In this document: piece by piece, positions 27,139 to 37,719 of the stretch | Layout of the letters: every line of letters begins with the position of its first letter | Position numbering within the stretch: position 1 is the stretch's first letter | Assembly: GCA_029210225.1 (NCBI GenBank) | Contig: JARGOJ010000001.1 | Span: 1-47,398 of the forward strand | DNA from: Planctomycetota bacterium | GTDB taxonomy: Bacteria > Planctomycetota > J058 > JARGOJ01 | Direction: 5' to 3' | DNA length: 47,398 bases | Translations under genes and position numbers: made by a program | The notes under the pieces: generated by a model | What the model was told of the DNA's origin: nothing | What the model saw: only the letters and a program-made list of their open reading frames with translations | Database searches by the model: none

Positions 27139-28118
27139 TTCGTAAGAGTAAATTCCGAACTTCTTTTCTCAATGAAATCGAGAAGACAGTTAAAGCACGG
27201 GGAGGGAAGGCCGAGCAGGACATTGAGGCGCTCAACGCTCCAATCGACAAGGTCTACCCCGACCCAGAGCAACCTCGCGGCACTCCGGACCCAGAGTCCG
27301 ACGACATGGTCTCCTTGCGTCGCTCCATCCAAAGCTTTGGGATTTTAGAGCCTCTTCTTGTTATTCGTGACAGCAAGGGCCTCTATCGCTTGATCGCCGG
27401 TCACAGGCGTTTATTGGCCGCTCAGAGCGAGGGACGAAGCCACGTTCCTGTTCGCGTCTTGCGAATGAAAGAAGACATCGGCCAGGTTCGCCTCATTCAA
27501 TTGACTGAGAACCTTCAACGAAAGGATCTATCACCGATTGAAGTTGGCCTTTGCCTTGTGACGGTTGCGAATTTGGGGAAGCTCAAACAAGTCGAGCTGG
27601 CTAAGAAGCTCGGCCTCTCCCAGCCAATGATTGCTTACTACCTGAGCATGAAGAAGATTTGCAAGAAGGCTGTCAAAGAGATCGAGAAGCGCTCGGAAGA
27701 CTTCACCTTTAAGTTCTTGATAAAACTCGCGAGATTGAAGAGTGAGAAAGAGCAGCTTCAAGCTCTCGAAGACTATAGACAGTCTTTAGGAGAGGGCACG
27801 AAAGTTCAGACTCTTCCGCAAGGCGCGAATGAAGACGATCAAGACATGGCTGTGCCAACCCGGCAACGTCATAAAGGTCGCGCTTATCGTTGGAGACCAA
27901 GACTACGCTTTCAGTGTCGGGACTATGATTTCGATGTGACGAGGGCAAGTCGGCCAGAACAAAAAAGCATCAAAGTCGAAGTGCCGATGGCGATGGACGA
28001 GAAGGAGATTCTCGAAGCATTCAAGAGCGTCTATCGCAAAATGACCGGCTTGGACTGGTCTCAAATTGACGCTGATGAAACCGCCGAGGAGGTGGTCGAT
28101 GAGGGAAAAACGTCTTAG
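27135..28118 (+). CDS. parB: ParB/Spo0J-family partition protein
   Basis: ATGA overlap with parA. ParB-N motifs ILEPLLVIRD..YRLIAGHRRLLAA, an HTH region, and an acidic C-terminus. Confidence 0.85.
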   Translation: MIRKSKFRTSFLNEIEKTVKARGGKAEQDIEALNAPIDKVYPDPEQPRGTPDPESDDMVSLRRSIQSFGILEPLLVIRDSKGLYRLIAGHRRLLAAQSEGRSHVPVRVLRMKEDIGQVRLIQLTENLQRKDLSPIEVGLCLVTVANLGKLKQVELAKKLGLSQPMIAYYLSMKKICKKAVKEIEKRSEDFTFKFLIKLARLKSEKEQLQALEDYRQSLGEGTKVQTLPQGANEDDQDMAVPTRQRHKGRAYRWRPRLRFQCRDYDFDVTRASRPEQKSIKVEVPMAMDEKEILEAFKSVYRKMTGLDWSQIDADETAEEVVDEGKTS

Positions 28119-28149
28119 ATAAAAGATGAATGACCCTCGTCGTAAGTTT

Positions 28150-28190
28150 GGGAAGGTCTCCTAGGGGGAGGCCTTCCCATTCTGCTTTTA
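28150..28190 (+). terminator. Hairpin after parB
   Basis: gggaaggtctcc / ggaggccttccc (one G-U pair) followed by attctgctttt. Confidence 0.5.
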
Positions 28191-28422
28191 AAGGCGCCAA
28201 AATGCGTACCAATATGCTTTTTAGATAAATTCTGAAAGAAGACCTCCCCTTATGCGAAGATATTTGATAGGTTTTTTTTAGGTATGCATAGATCGAAGAG
28301 AAGGAAGGGGCGTCTTAGTTCCAAAGACGTCATCCATGCCTTGACAAATCGCCAGTTAGAAGTGTCTAGTTGGACTTCCGAATTTTCTTTCCGGGACGCA
28401 TCGGATTCTTGGGAAGGTTGCC

Positions 28423-31338
28423 ATGAGCACCACAATTACTCTTGAAGATATCCGTCGGGCATGGAAGTCTCAGGACCCAGCTTTGCCTCGACTGGTTGTA
28501 TCTCTCGCCAATATGCGAGAACCCTACAAAGCTCCTCGTAAGGACGGTGTCCTCACGTTTAGCGAATACTACAGGACCATTCGGTCGTGGCAGTTTGCTC
28601 GTAAAACGAAAGACGAGCAAGCGCACTATCGCATGGAACGGATGAAGGAGCTCGAATCTCGAGATCCGGAAGTCCCACTCCCTGATCGCGTCAAAGTATG
28701 GACGATCATCATGGAGCTTTGGGAGACCAATGGTCCTTATGAGCGTTCGTGTTTGCTTGAGATCATCGAGAAGGTCCCTCTTCGTTGGGGTGCCTGGCGA
28801 GCTTTGAAGCGAATTTTTAAGCAGGCTGAAGAGAGCCACGACACGGAGGTCTTCGGCGCGATCGCCGCCCGTGTTGACCAATCTTTTCAGAATCACCGCG
28901 ATGACGAAGTGACTCGGCGCACGATTGCTTATATGCGACGTCGGGCCTGGCGTTATCTGAGGCGTCAAGCTGAGACCTTGCCAGCAACCTATGCGGATGC
29001 TGCGGTTGATATCCTTCGCTTCTATACAATCACTTCGACATACCAGTGGCGAACGAACTGGATTTCCAGCCACATTTGGTTCCATGATCGAGGCGGCTAT
29101 AGCCGGAATTCTTTCAGCCTTCCTTGGAAGATCCCATCGATGATCAAGAGTCGCGCTTACAGCGATCTCTGGCTTCGGACTCCAAGACCGCTTTTTACTT
29201 TGCTTGAACGAGCGAAGGCCGAGCAGGTCCGGCAATTTGCTGTGGAAGCTTTGAAGACAGATTTTAGAGCTTCATTAAGGGATGTTGAGCCGTCTTGGGT
29301 GATTCGTCTGATTAATGTTCGCAGTCAGATTATTGACGACTTCGTCGTTTGGCTCTTAAAGAATGTCCCTCGCTTCGAGCAGGGCGCATTCCGCGATCTG
29401 GGCCTTCACGAGCCTGTTCTTGGTCTTTTAAGCTCCCCATCAAAAGATGCCAGGGCTTACGCGGCTGCTTACGCTAGAACTCACGCTCGCGACTTGCCAT
29501 TAGAGCAGTTGATTCGTTTGGTTGATAACGACAATGAAGCGGTCCGTCAGCTCGCGATTGACTTGATTCAAGATAGGGATCCTCGGGAAGAGGTCGGTCT
29601 TGATGCTTGGGGTCAGTTGCTTGAGACCAAGTATGGTTATGAGCTGGCGACTTCAGTTCTTCGCAAGCACTTTGGAACTCGGGAATTGCATCTTGATTGG
29701 TTCAAGGAGAGATTGCTCTCTAAGAACAATAAGGTCTTTAAGTTTGCTTCGGAGTTATTCCCTAAGGTTCACACTCCAGAGAATCTTGAGGCTCAGTTCT
29801 TCATTGATCTTGTTGAAGATGAGCGAGTGATCAAGGGGTCGAAATCGACCATTGTCAATTTCGCTTTTACAAATCTTGAGAACTACCCAATTGAGAAGAT
29901 TGGCGTTGAGTTCCTTAAGCGCTCTTACCTGCAAAGCATGACAACGAATAGTGTGCAGCAGTGGATCAATAAAGATCGCATTGATGTTCGCACATTTGGC
30001 ATCGACTTCTTTAAGTGTCTTGCATATGAGCCGAATTGGAAAGAAGACGCTTGGGTTAAGGAATTAAGAGAGAGTGGGCGCTCCTGGGCGGAGAACCTAT
30101 CCTTCTCTTGGAGTCTTTCTACGGGGGCCTTTAAGGTCCTTGGAGACCGTCGCTTCTTTAGTCCGAAGGAGCTTGGCTTCAAGTGGCTCATGGAGCTTGC
30201 TGAGTCGACTTATTCGGGCTATCACAACTTTGCCATGAACTACATGATCGACGCGTTCAAGCCTTCGGACTTTGCTCCTGAAGGATCGACGGGCGATCCA
30301 GTCTCTGCGGGATGTGATTATTTATGGGATGCGACAATTGCAGATGGAGAGGAAACGCCGCTGTCGCGTTTCACTCAAAGCTATCTGCGTCATCACCATG
30401 CCCACATTGGTAAGAAGCTAAAAGAGAAGCCCTTTGAGCAGGATGCACTTATCCCTGAATTATTTTTGAGCTTCGATCGTGTTCGAGTGCTTATGAATGA
30501 CTCACGGAAGCGCATCCGTGATTTTGCTCTAGAGTTGGCGCTTTGGGACTTTGCTCGCTGGAATCCTTCTATGGAGGATATTGTCGAGCTTTGTGAAAAT
30601 CCTTATCCGGAAGTCTTTAACTTCATGTCTAAGGCCCTCTTGGCGACAAACAAAGACGAGCATAAGCACTATCGAATAGACACTTCAAAGGTCTCTTCTG
30701 ACTCTGTCTATCGTTTCTGTGAGTCCTTAGATAAGGGCACCCGCGCTTTGGGAATGAAGTTGATTTCCAGCAATTCAAAGCTGGCTGATCCGACAGAGTT
30801 GTTTCGCCTTTCAGAGAGTCCTGACCGTCAAGTGCAGGCTTTTGTGATTCGTTCTATCTGGTCTCTTTACAGGGATCGAGGCATCACAATGCATTGGACG
30901 CCTCCTCCCAGACCCGCTGCGAAGTCGAAGAAGGGTGCGTCCAAAGAGGAGAAGAAGGCCGAGCAAGAGGCGAAGCTTGTTGTTTCTTCCGGACCTCCTC
31001 AGAAGCCAGATAACTTGCCAGCGGAGCCGATTGTTCTTCGTGATTTCATGAGAACGATTCTGTTTACTTTGGCGCCTGCTCGTTTACCGAAATCTTCGAA
31101 GTCTAAAAGTGGTGAGGGGGTTCGTTTGAAACCCTTGCCAGCTCGTAAAGCCAAATTGTCGCTCATCGAGATGATTCGGGATATTGCTGTGGAGGACAGA
31201 GACTTCGCAGTCTTTGTCACGCCTCTTTTAGAGGAGTTCATGGCGTCCCATGGAAAGAGTGAACATGACGCTTGTCTTGTTGCTCTGACTCGTATTGACA
31301 AGGCTCATGGAGACCTTCAAATCAAGGAGGGGTCTTGA
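28423..31338 (+). CDS. 971-aa predicted all-helical (ARM/HEAT-like) protein with a basic disordered linker near the C-terminus; first gene of the RT operon
   Basis: Long uninterrupted ORF with RBS GGAAGG. Leu/Arg/Glu-rich helical-repeat character (e.g. NDNEAVRQLAIDLIQDRDP). I saw no catalytic motif. The K-rich segment is AAKSKKGASKEEKKAEQEAK. Confidence 0.7.
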   Translation: MSTTITLEDIRRAWKSQDPALPRLVVSLANMREPYKAPRKDGVLTFSEYYRTIRSWQFARKTKDEQAHYRMERMKELESRDPEVPLPDRVKVWTIIMELWETNGPYERSCLLEIIEKVPLRWGAWRALKRIFKQAEESHDTEVFGAIAARVDQSFQNHRDDEVTRRTIAYMRRRAWRYLRRQAETLPATYADAAVDILRFYTITSTYQWRTNWISSHIWFHDRGGYSRNSFSLPWKIPSMIKSRAYSDLWLRTPRPLFTLLERAKAEQVRQFAVEALKTDFRASLRDVEPSWVIRLINVRSQIIDDFVVWLLKNVPRFEQGAFRDLGLHEPVLGLLSSPSKDARAYAAAYARTHARDLPLEQLIRLVDNDNEAVRQLAIDLIQDRDPREEVGLDAWGQLLETKYGYELATSVLRKHFGTRELHLDWFKERLLSKNNKVFKFASELFPKVHTPENLEAQFFIDLVEDERVIKGSKSTIVNFAFTNLENYPIEKIGVEFLKRSYLQSMTTNSVQQWINKDRIDVRTFGIDFFKCLAYEPNWKEDAWVKELRESGRSWAENLSFSWSLSTGAFKVLGDRRFFSPKELGFKWLMELAESTYSGYHNFAMNYMIDAFKPSDFAPEGSTGDPVSAGCDYLWDATIADGEETPLSRFTQSYLRHHHAHIGKKLKEKPFEQDALIPELFLSFDRVRVLMNDSRKRIRDFALELALWDFARWNPSMEDIVELCENPYPEVFNFMSKALLATNKDEHKHYRIDTSKVSSDSVYRFCESLDKGTRALGMKLISSNSKLADPTELFRLSESPDRQVQAFVIRSIWSLYRDRGITMHWTPPPRPAAKSKKGASKEEKKAEQEAKLVVSSGPPQKPDNLPAEPIVLRDFMRTILFTLAPARLPKSSKSKSGEGVRLKPLPARKAKLSLIEMIRDIAVEDRDFAVFVTPLLEEFMASHGKSEHDACLVALTRIDKAHGDLQIKEGS

Positions 31339-31341
31339 TCC

Positions 31342-34300
31342 ATGTCTAATAAACAGACAATGTATCTTCAGTACCGCGGCCAAATAAGAGCTCTCGCGAG
31401 TCGGAACGAATATCTATATTTCGTAACGACTCACGAGGAAGATCAGGCCACGGCGCTCTACCGATTGAATTCGACGACGGCTAAGTTAGCGGCGATCAAG
31501 CTTCATGGCGGGAGCGGAAAAGCACTATCTATTACTGATAAAGAGCTTTTCATTGCCAACGTCGAAGATTCTTTAGAGCGCTTTCGTTTTGACACTGAGA
31601 AGGTTGAGCCTTTCGGGCCAGCTCTTGGTGGCGCAGTTATGGGCTTGGCGTCCGTCGCAAAGAATCGCTTGGCGGTTCTCGCGGGTTCGGACCTTGTCAT
31701 TCTCTCTAAAGAGTCAGGAGCTGAATTACAGCGCTTTGATATCGGTGAGGAATGTCACTCAATTGCTGTGAATCCCGATGGTCAATGGCTTGCTGTGGGT
31801 AGCAATCTTGGAACTGTCGCGATTTTCGAGTGTGAGAATAAAGACGACTTCGTTAAAGGCGATGCTCAGAAGCTCCACGAAGGGGCCGTGAAGGCGATGA
31901 TCTTCGATCGGGAAGAGCTTCGTCTCTTGTCGACTGGTTCTGACTGTAAGCTGAAAATGACTCACGTTCGTGGTCGTCTCGATCCTGAAGATCGTGGTGG
32001 CAAGAGCAATCATGAGCAACCAGCCGTTCGCCTTATTGATGGTCCGATGGCTGGCCCCGAAGGAGTCTTCTATAGTGGGGGCACCGATAAGACTTTCAAG
32101 GCCTGGCCAGCAGGATTAAATAAGAAGCGTCCATTCACCATGCGCGATGGTGTCGGCGTTGTTGTTGACATGGCCCTTGTTGAGCATAAGAAGCGGCCTC
32201 ATTTGGTTGTGGCATCAAACGATGCGACGCTTCGCTTCTGGGAGCTAGAAGATACAGGGCGCCCTAAAGAGCGGGTTCTTATCTGTCGGGGTGCTATGGC
32301 TCGCGCCAAGCATGAGCTCAAACAAAAAGAGACCGAGCGAAGAGACGCTGTCTTAGACTTACTGGCGAAATACAACGATACTCAGTCGATTAGCCTACTC
32401 ACTGAGCAGGCTCTCAACGACGGGGACTACAAGCTTCGAGTCAAGTCAACCAAGCTCATCGCGGATCTTGGTAATCTCAGAACAATGACCTCTCTTGAGC
32501 AACTGCTCAACTCAGCAGATGAGGGTGTTCGGGAAGAGGCCTTGACGGGTTTAAGGTCTCTTGAAGGCCAAGAATCTATTCGTCCTCTGCAATTGGCGAT
32601 TAAGACTGGGAAAAAAGACGTTGGCTTACGTGCGATTACTGGTCTCGAAGAGCTATCTTCAAGCAATGATCAAGCTCTGGTTGAGCTAACAAAAGCTCTT
32701 GAAGTGAATACTACAGAGATTCGCACAGCGGCGCTTGTTAGCTTAGAGAACGTCTACGGTTCCGAACAGCTCTCCGAGGCTCATCTTACGGGTTTAAGGT
32801 CGAGCAAAGCAGATATTCGCAGCCTCTCTCTCACTTGGGCCTTTCAAAAAGGTCTCCTCGACGAAGAAGCCATTCAAGCGGCGCTTCGCCGTCATGGAGA
32901 AGATGACAGCGCGGATGTGCGTCATACTGCCTTTCTTGTGTCTACGCTCTCTCGTCCTTCTTTGACGAAGGCTCTACGAGAGCGAGATAGCGATTTGCAT
33001 CGCAACTTTGTGGAACTTGAGACTCACGGCAAGAACATCGAAGAAGTTGATTTGCCAAAGGCTCCAACAGAGGTGACAGTTGCTCCTGGAGACCTTGACC
33101 ACTTCGATTTGAATCCATTGTTGCAAGCGATGGCGAGTCGGGCTTTGGATACTTGTCTCCGTGGCGCGACCTCTTTAGCTTTACTTCAAGATTCCCGGGC
33201 TTTCGGAACCTTGCTTCAGTTAAGCCGGGAGAAAGATGATCAGACTCGGGTTGAGGTTTGTAAGGCGCTTAAGAACCTTAATGATCCCCGAGGTATTGCC
33301 CGCCTGCGTCTCATGATTCGAGACGGTCAAGCGGGAGTTCGCGATGCGGCCTTCAGCGCATTGATTCAATTGGAGTCAGAGACTCCCCTTGAGGCTGCTC
33401 AAGCGGGGTTAAATGCCGATCATGAAGATGTGCGGCGTCGCGCTCTTCAATTACTTATTGAGCAAATTAAAGCGAATCCTCCGCAATCGAAGGAAGAGCT
33501 TTCTTGGCGCTTAATAGAGCGTTCTCTCAATGATTCTTTTGCAGAAGTACGCAGTGAAGCATTTAAGGCGTGTTTGAACCTTCAATTCGCTGGAGGTGGT
33601 GAATCAACGCTGCGCTTTGCGTTGAAGAGTCTTCATAGAGACGTTCGCAACGAAGTCTTCGTCGAGATTATGGCCCAGCTAAATCAGGATTGGGCTTGGC
33701 CATTACTTCTAGAGATGCTTTGCGATCCAGATAGCTCACTCCGCAAAGAAGTCTTTGCTTTCGCAACAAAGAGGGCCAAGGGGCGGACCATTGAGCTGCT
33801 TTCGGCTTCTCTCGATTGTCCTTACAACGATCTCCGTGGAGAAGCGACAAAAGCTCTAAATACATGTAAGGAAGAGGGCGCGGAGGCGCTTCTTTTCAGG
33901 GCTTTGGATGATTCTGAAGAGAGTGTTCGTCAGTTAGCATTGAGCGCCCTCTTGAATACTGGTTCACCGGCGCTGTCACGAGTTATGAAGAGCAAGTATC
34001 CCGACGTTCGGGCTCGGGCCGCTCACGCTCGGGCTTTGGAGGGTGACGAGGATTCAATGATTCCTCTCTTGCAGCTTGTCACAGAGGATGAGCCTGATAT
34101 CTCTGACTTCAAGGCGAAGTGGCAAGAGCGTGTTGAGCTTGCTCTTAAGGGACTTGCAGAGCTTGGAGCTCCAGGAGCTCTCGATACTTTGGAGCCTCTT
34201 TTAGAGAGTAAGATCCAAGGAATACGTCGGGGCGCAGCCAAGGCAATGGCTTACTGTTCAAGACCTGACAATAAAACGGCTCTACTTGCGGCTTTAAGAC

Positions 34301-37300
34301 ACTCTGATGCTGCTATTAAAATGTCTGCTGCCCTCGGATTGGCAGCGTGCGCAGACACAACAGGAACCTCTGTGATCTTTGGAGGCGAAGGATCTGGAGG
34401 AGCATCTCCGGATGTGGCTTTGAGAGCTGCTTTAGCTCTTGGAGAAAAGGCTGCTAACAACCTCCTTTCATTCCTTGATTCACCCCAAGATGATATTCGC
34501 TCTCGGGTTTTCATGGCTCTCATGCTTCTAGAGGCAAGCAGCCCTGGCCCTGAGGGAACACCGGAGCGGTGTTTGGCGGGATTGTCGGCAGATAGTCCTG
34601 ATATTCGTATGCGTTCGGCGGAGGCGTTGGAGAACTACTCCGACCCCAAGGCTTTCGGTGACTTTGTCGTAAAGCTCTTCAATGATCGCAGTGACGATAA
34701 GCCTTGGACAGTGGAATCGGGAGTCATTGAGACTCTCGGAGATGTTCTTGCTCATGGCGATTCTATGCTTCGCTACCGGGCCGGAGGCCTTCTAGCGTCT
34801 TTGAGAGAGAAGAAGCAAGATCGCTTCGATCGAGCTTGGGGTCGCTTTAGTCGTCGCTTTGACAATGAGATCAGCGCGGCCAGGGCTAAGAAAGAATCCA
34901 TGTCCAGCTCGGCAACTCGTCCTGGAGCTGAAGAGACGGCGCGTCTGGTCTTCGGTACTTATGTCGGACTCAGTCGTTTGCAAGATCACAGCTCGGCCGT
35001 TCAAATTCGTCAGACTGCGCTTCGTCGTCTCTTTGAAGCAAGTGAGAAGAACAGCTCGCTTAACAATTCAGTGAAGCCTGTTTTTGTCTTGGCTCTCGGT
35101 GATTCAAATAACAGCGTTCGCAAGCAAGCCTTCGAGTATCTGTCAAAGCTTATGCCAGATGTCGCGTCTCTTTGCACTCAAGCCTTGTCTTCAGGTCAGC
35201 GAGATGTGGGGGCCTTGGGCTTTCAGAAGCTTGTTGATGAGGGGGATGCTCAATCAAGCCGCCAAGTGCTTGAGAGGGTGCTTAAGAACAACGTGGATGG
35301 TCTTGAGTTTGAGGCTTCTCAGATACTCGGCAAACAAGTGGGTTTGATTCCAGCCTTAGAGCTTGGCTTTGAAGCGAAGTCTGAGAGCTTGAGGGGTGAT
35401 TCAACACGTCAGATTGCCAAGAACTATGAGGACAATGAAGAGGCTGCAAACGCATTGCGACGGGCTCTTAAAACTCGGTATCGTGGCGTAAAGATCTTGG
35501 CTGCCATGGAGTTGGCTTCTAAGCAAGATCCAGCGGCTTTCGATTTCTTAAAGAGTCTTCTTCTCAGTGATCGAAAGCGAGAGCAGAAGAACGCGATTAA
35601 GAGCTTGAAGAGGCTTGGAGATAAAAGAGCAGGAGCTCTGTTTCTCGATCGTATTGATAACGACCCAGCGGGGACTGCGCTTCATGCGGAGCTCTTTTCC
35701 GGAGTTGGTGAAACTCGTAGCGAGGCGGTCCTTGATCGCCTGCTTCAATCGATTAAGAAGAATAAGAATCGCAATGAAGCTTTTGAAGCAGCCTTTATTA
35801 TCACTGGCTACGACCAAGCGGTCGGCGATGATTTGAAGGATCCCGGCTGGGAAGAGAAGCAGGAGCCAAGAAACGGAGGGGCTTTAGCGAAGTTGATGGA
35901 AGTGACTTACAGGATCTCTGATGAGTCAAAGCTCTCAAGGTTAATCCCAGCTGCTCGTTGGTGCCGAAGCGAGGAAGTCACTGATATTCTTAATTCCCTC
36001 GCTTACTTCCCCAAAGAGAAGGTTCGCCATGAAGTGGTTGAAGCTTTAGGGTGGCGGGCAAGAGAGCGGAATGGCTCAACAGAGATCTTAGAGAAGCTTC
36101 TTAAACATGACGATGGCGTCACAGGTTTCTTGGCGGCGGAGGGGCTTGCTCTCTCTGGTGGCAAAGAAGGCCTTTCAGTTCTCCAGGCGAGCGTTGAGTT
36201 GCTCGCTGACGTGAATCAGCGACGTCGGGCGGTGAAGGCACTCGGTAAGCTCGGTGACGAGCAGGCCTTGGATCTCTTGCTTCGTATTATCAATGATACC
36301 GGTCATGCTCTCCAGGAAGAGTCGGCTGAGGCCCTTGGTCACATGAGTGAATCAGACCAGGCAGAGAGTGTCTTCAAGACGCTCTCAAGGCTTGCGGAAG
36401 GAAGTTATGGCGTTGCTCTCAGTGCGATGACTGGCTTGCGTTGGTTCGATTCTATGGACGCTTGGAGCTTTATTAGGAATCGGGCTGCGGATAACTCATG
36501 GATGGTTCGAGAGCATGTGGCGAAGCTGCTTGCCCACGACAAGGATCCAGAGGCACGGAATATTCTCATTAAGAGGATTGAGTCGGACAATGACTCAGAC
36601 GTAATTGAAGCAGCGGTAAAAAGCCTTAAGAAGATCTGCGGTGAAGACTCTCTCGATGCGGATTACGCGCTTGTTTGCAGTCAGCATTCTCACATGGTCA
36701 ATAAGGCCCTTGAGCGTTTGAAGGAGAAGGGCGATTCGTCTGTTCTTCTTGAGATCTTGCCTAAGGTGTCTAGCAACCACGTCAACTCAGTTGTTGAGGT
36801 TCTTCTTTCTCGGACTCCGTTGCCTATTGCGGCGGCGGCGAAGGTCCTTGAGACAAGCACTCAAGAGCGAACGATTAAGATTGCCTCGCAGATTTTAGGA
36901 CGCGGCGGAGAAGAGGCGAAAGAATACGCCGGATCTTTGGTGAAGGCTTGCTCTCGTTGGCAGGAAATGTGGGTCAAAGAGCGCTCTGAGATTTCAGATG
37001 GGGATCGTAATCTCTACACAAAAATGAAGGCATTAACTGAGACTTACCGGATCATGCTTTGGTCTTGTGGTCGCTTGAATGCTGGTGGAGAAGCGTTGAT
37101 CGCGGCGTCTGATCCTAAGTATTTCACAGAGATTCGAGAAGCAGCGCTCACTGGTTTGAGTATGGGTCTTGGTGGTGACGCTGGGATTGAGGCTCTTGCT
37201 AAAGCGGTGGTCGATGCAGACGCGTCGATTCGCTCTCTTGCGTCTTCAGGCCTTACAAAGTTAGCGCCAGAGAAGGCCGCGAGCCTTGTTTCTTCGGTCC

Positions 37301-37698
37301 TTGATGATCGAACAAGCTTGAATCGTTTGCTCTCGGGTGTTGATAACGACGACTCTCGGATAGCTCTTCGGAGCGCCGCAGCGACGGTTCATCACCAGGG
37401 TGTCGCATTGCCTCACTTGATCAATCGCGGAGATATTGACGGCCTTGGAGCGGCTTTAGCAGACGCCAAGCTTCCCGAGGCGACAAGACTCGGAGCGATT
37501 GAGGGCTTGGCTCGTATCGCTAGCGTTCAAGCGGAGACTGTCATTGTGAAAATGGCGAAGGACGAGGCAGAAGACGAAGACTTGCGGAAAGCGGCCTGGC
37601 GCGCCTTGCGCCGATCGAAGCGCTATCGGGCTCGAAAAGAGGCTTTAGCGAAATTGACGAGTGGGGACAAAGCGGACGGGTCAAAAGCTGACGCTTGA
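31342..37698 (+). CDS. 2118-aa giant: N-terminal WD40-like beta-propeller + about 1800 aa of HEAT/PBS-lyase-type repeats
   Basis: WD-like blades DGQWLAVGSNLGTVAIFE, STGSDCKLKMT, SGGTDKTFKAW and ASNDATLRFWE. Dozens of D-x-R-x-x-A-x-x-AL units follow (DVRHTAF, GVRDAAFSAL, DVRRRALQLL, EVRSEAFKAC, SVRQLALSAL ...). It starts 3 nt after the previous stop. Confidence 0.8.
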   Translation: MSNKQTMYLQYRGQIRALASRNEYLYFVTTHEEDQATALYRLNSTTAKLAAIKLHGGSGKALSITDKELFIANVEDSLERFRFDTEKVEPFGPALGGAVMGLASVAKNRLAVLAGSDLVILSKESGAELQRFDIGEECHSIAVNPDGQWLAVGSNLGTVAIFECENKDDFVKGDAQKLHEGAVKAMIFDREELRLLSTGSDCKLKMTHVRGRLDPEDRGGKSNHEQPAVRLIDGPMAGPEGVFYSGGTDKTFKAWPAGLNKKRPFTMRDGVGVVVDMALVEHKKRPHLVVASNDATLRFWELEDTGRPKERVLICRGAMARAKHELKQKETERRDAVLDLLAKYNDTQSISLLTEQALNDGDYKLRVKSTKLIADLGNLRTMTSLEQLLNSADEGVREEALTGLRSLEGQESIRPLQLAIKTGKKDVGLRAITGLEELSSSNDQALVELTKALEVNTTEIRTAALVSLENVYGSEQLSEAHLTGLRSSKADIRSLSLTWAFQKGLLDEEAIQAALRRHGEDDSADVRHTAFLVSTLSRPSLTKALRERDSDLHRNFVELETHGKNIEEVDLPKAPTEVTVAPGDLDHFDLNPLLQAMASRALDTCLRGATSLALLQDSRAFGTLLQLSREKDDQTRVEVCKALKNLNDPRGIARLRLMIRDGQAGVRDAAFSALIQLESETPLEAAQAGLNADHEDVRRRALQLLIEQIKANPPQSKEELSWRLIERSLNDSFAEVRSEAFKACLNLQFAGGGESTLRFALKSLHRDVRNEVFVEIMAQLNQDWAWPLLLEMLCDPDSSLRKEVFAFATKRAKGRTIELLSASLDCPYNDLRGEATKALNTCKEEGAEALLFRALDDSEESVRQLALSALLNTGSPALSRVMKSKYPDVRARAAHARALEGDEDSMIPLLQLVTEDEPDISDFKAKWQERVELALKGLAELGAPGALDTLEPLLESKIQGIRRGAAKAMAYCSRPDNKTALLAALRHSDAAIKMSAALGLAACADTTGTSVIFGGEGSGGASPDVALRAALALGEKAANNLLSFLDSPQDDIRSRVFMALMLLEASSPGPEGTPERCLAGLSADSPDIRMRSAEALENYSDPKAFGDFVVKLFNDRSDDKPWTVESGVIETLGDVLAHGDSMLRYRAGGLLASLREKKQDRFDRAWGRFSRRFDNEISAARAKKESMSSSATRPGAEETARLVFGTYVGLSRLQDHSSAVQIRQTALRRLFEASEKNSSLNNSVKPVFVLALGDSNNSVRKQAFEYLSKLMPDVASLCTQALSSGQRDVGALGFQKLVDEGDAQSSRQVLERVLKNNVDGLEFEASQILGKQVGLIPALELGFEAKSESLRGDSTRQIAKNYEDNEEAANALRRALKTRYRGVKILAAMELASKQDPAAFDFLKSLLLSDRKREQKNAIKSLKRLGDKRAGALFLDRIDNDPAGTALHAELFSGVGETRSEAVLDRLLQSIKKNKNRNEAFEAAFIITGYDQAVGDDLKDPGWEEKQEPRNGGALAKLMEVTYRISDESKLSRLIPAARWCRSEEVTDILNSLAYFPKEKVRHEVVEALGWRARERNGSTEILEKLLKHDDGVTGFLAAEGLALSGGKEGLSVLQASVELLADVNQRRRAVKALGKLGDEQALDLLLRIINDTGHALQEESAEALGHMSESDQAESVFKTLSRLAEGSYGVALSAMTGLRWFDSMDAWSFIRNRAADNSWMVREHVAKLLAHDKDPEARNILIKRIESDNDSDVIEAAVKSLKKICGEDSLDADYALVCSQHSHMVNKALERLKEKGDSSVLLEILPKVSSNHVNSVVEVLLSRTPLPIAAAAKVLETSTQERTIKIASQILGRGGEEAKEYAGSLVKACSRWQEMWVKERSEISDGDRNLYTKMKALTETYRIMLWSCGRLNAGGEALIAASDPKYFTEIREAALTGLSMGLGGDAGIEALAKAVVDADASIRSLASSGLTKLAPEKAASLVSSVLDDRTSLNRLLSGVDNDDSRIALRSAAATVHHQGVALPHLINRGDIDGLGAALADAKLPEATRLGAIEGLARIASVQAETVIVKMAKDEAEDEDLRKAAWRALRRSKRYRARKEALAKLTSGDKADGSKADA

Positions 37699-37719
37699 TA
37701 GATTTCGGAGTGTTTTCAA

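Noticed and set aside
26871-27332. A 153-aa ORF on the minus strand across the parA/parB junction.
   Set aside because: It is antisense to the Lys-rich parA tail, and the low-complexity antisense strand gives it its Phe/Leu-rich composition. It is not credible as a gene.
28239-28316. The leader inverted repeat as retron a1/a2 arms flanking an msr/msd.
   Set aside because: The arms enclose only about 53 nt, which is too short for msr+msd, and there is no conserved branching-G context that I could recognise.
28366-29235. A 289-aa ORF on the minus strand.
   Set aside because: It lies almost entirely antisense to the 971-aa ORF, which has an RBS and operon context. Its composition looks like a shadow ORF.
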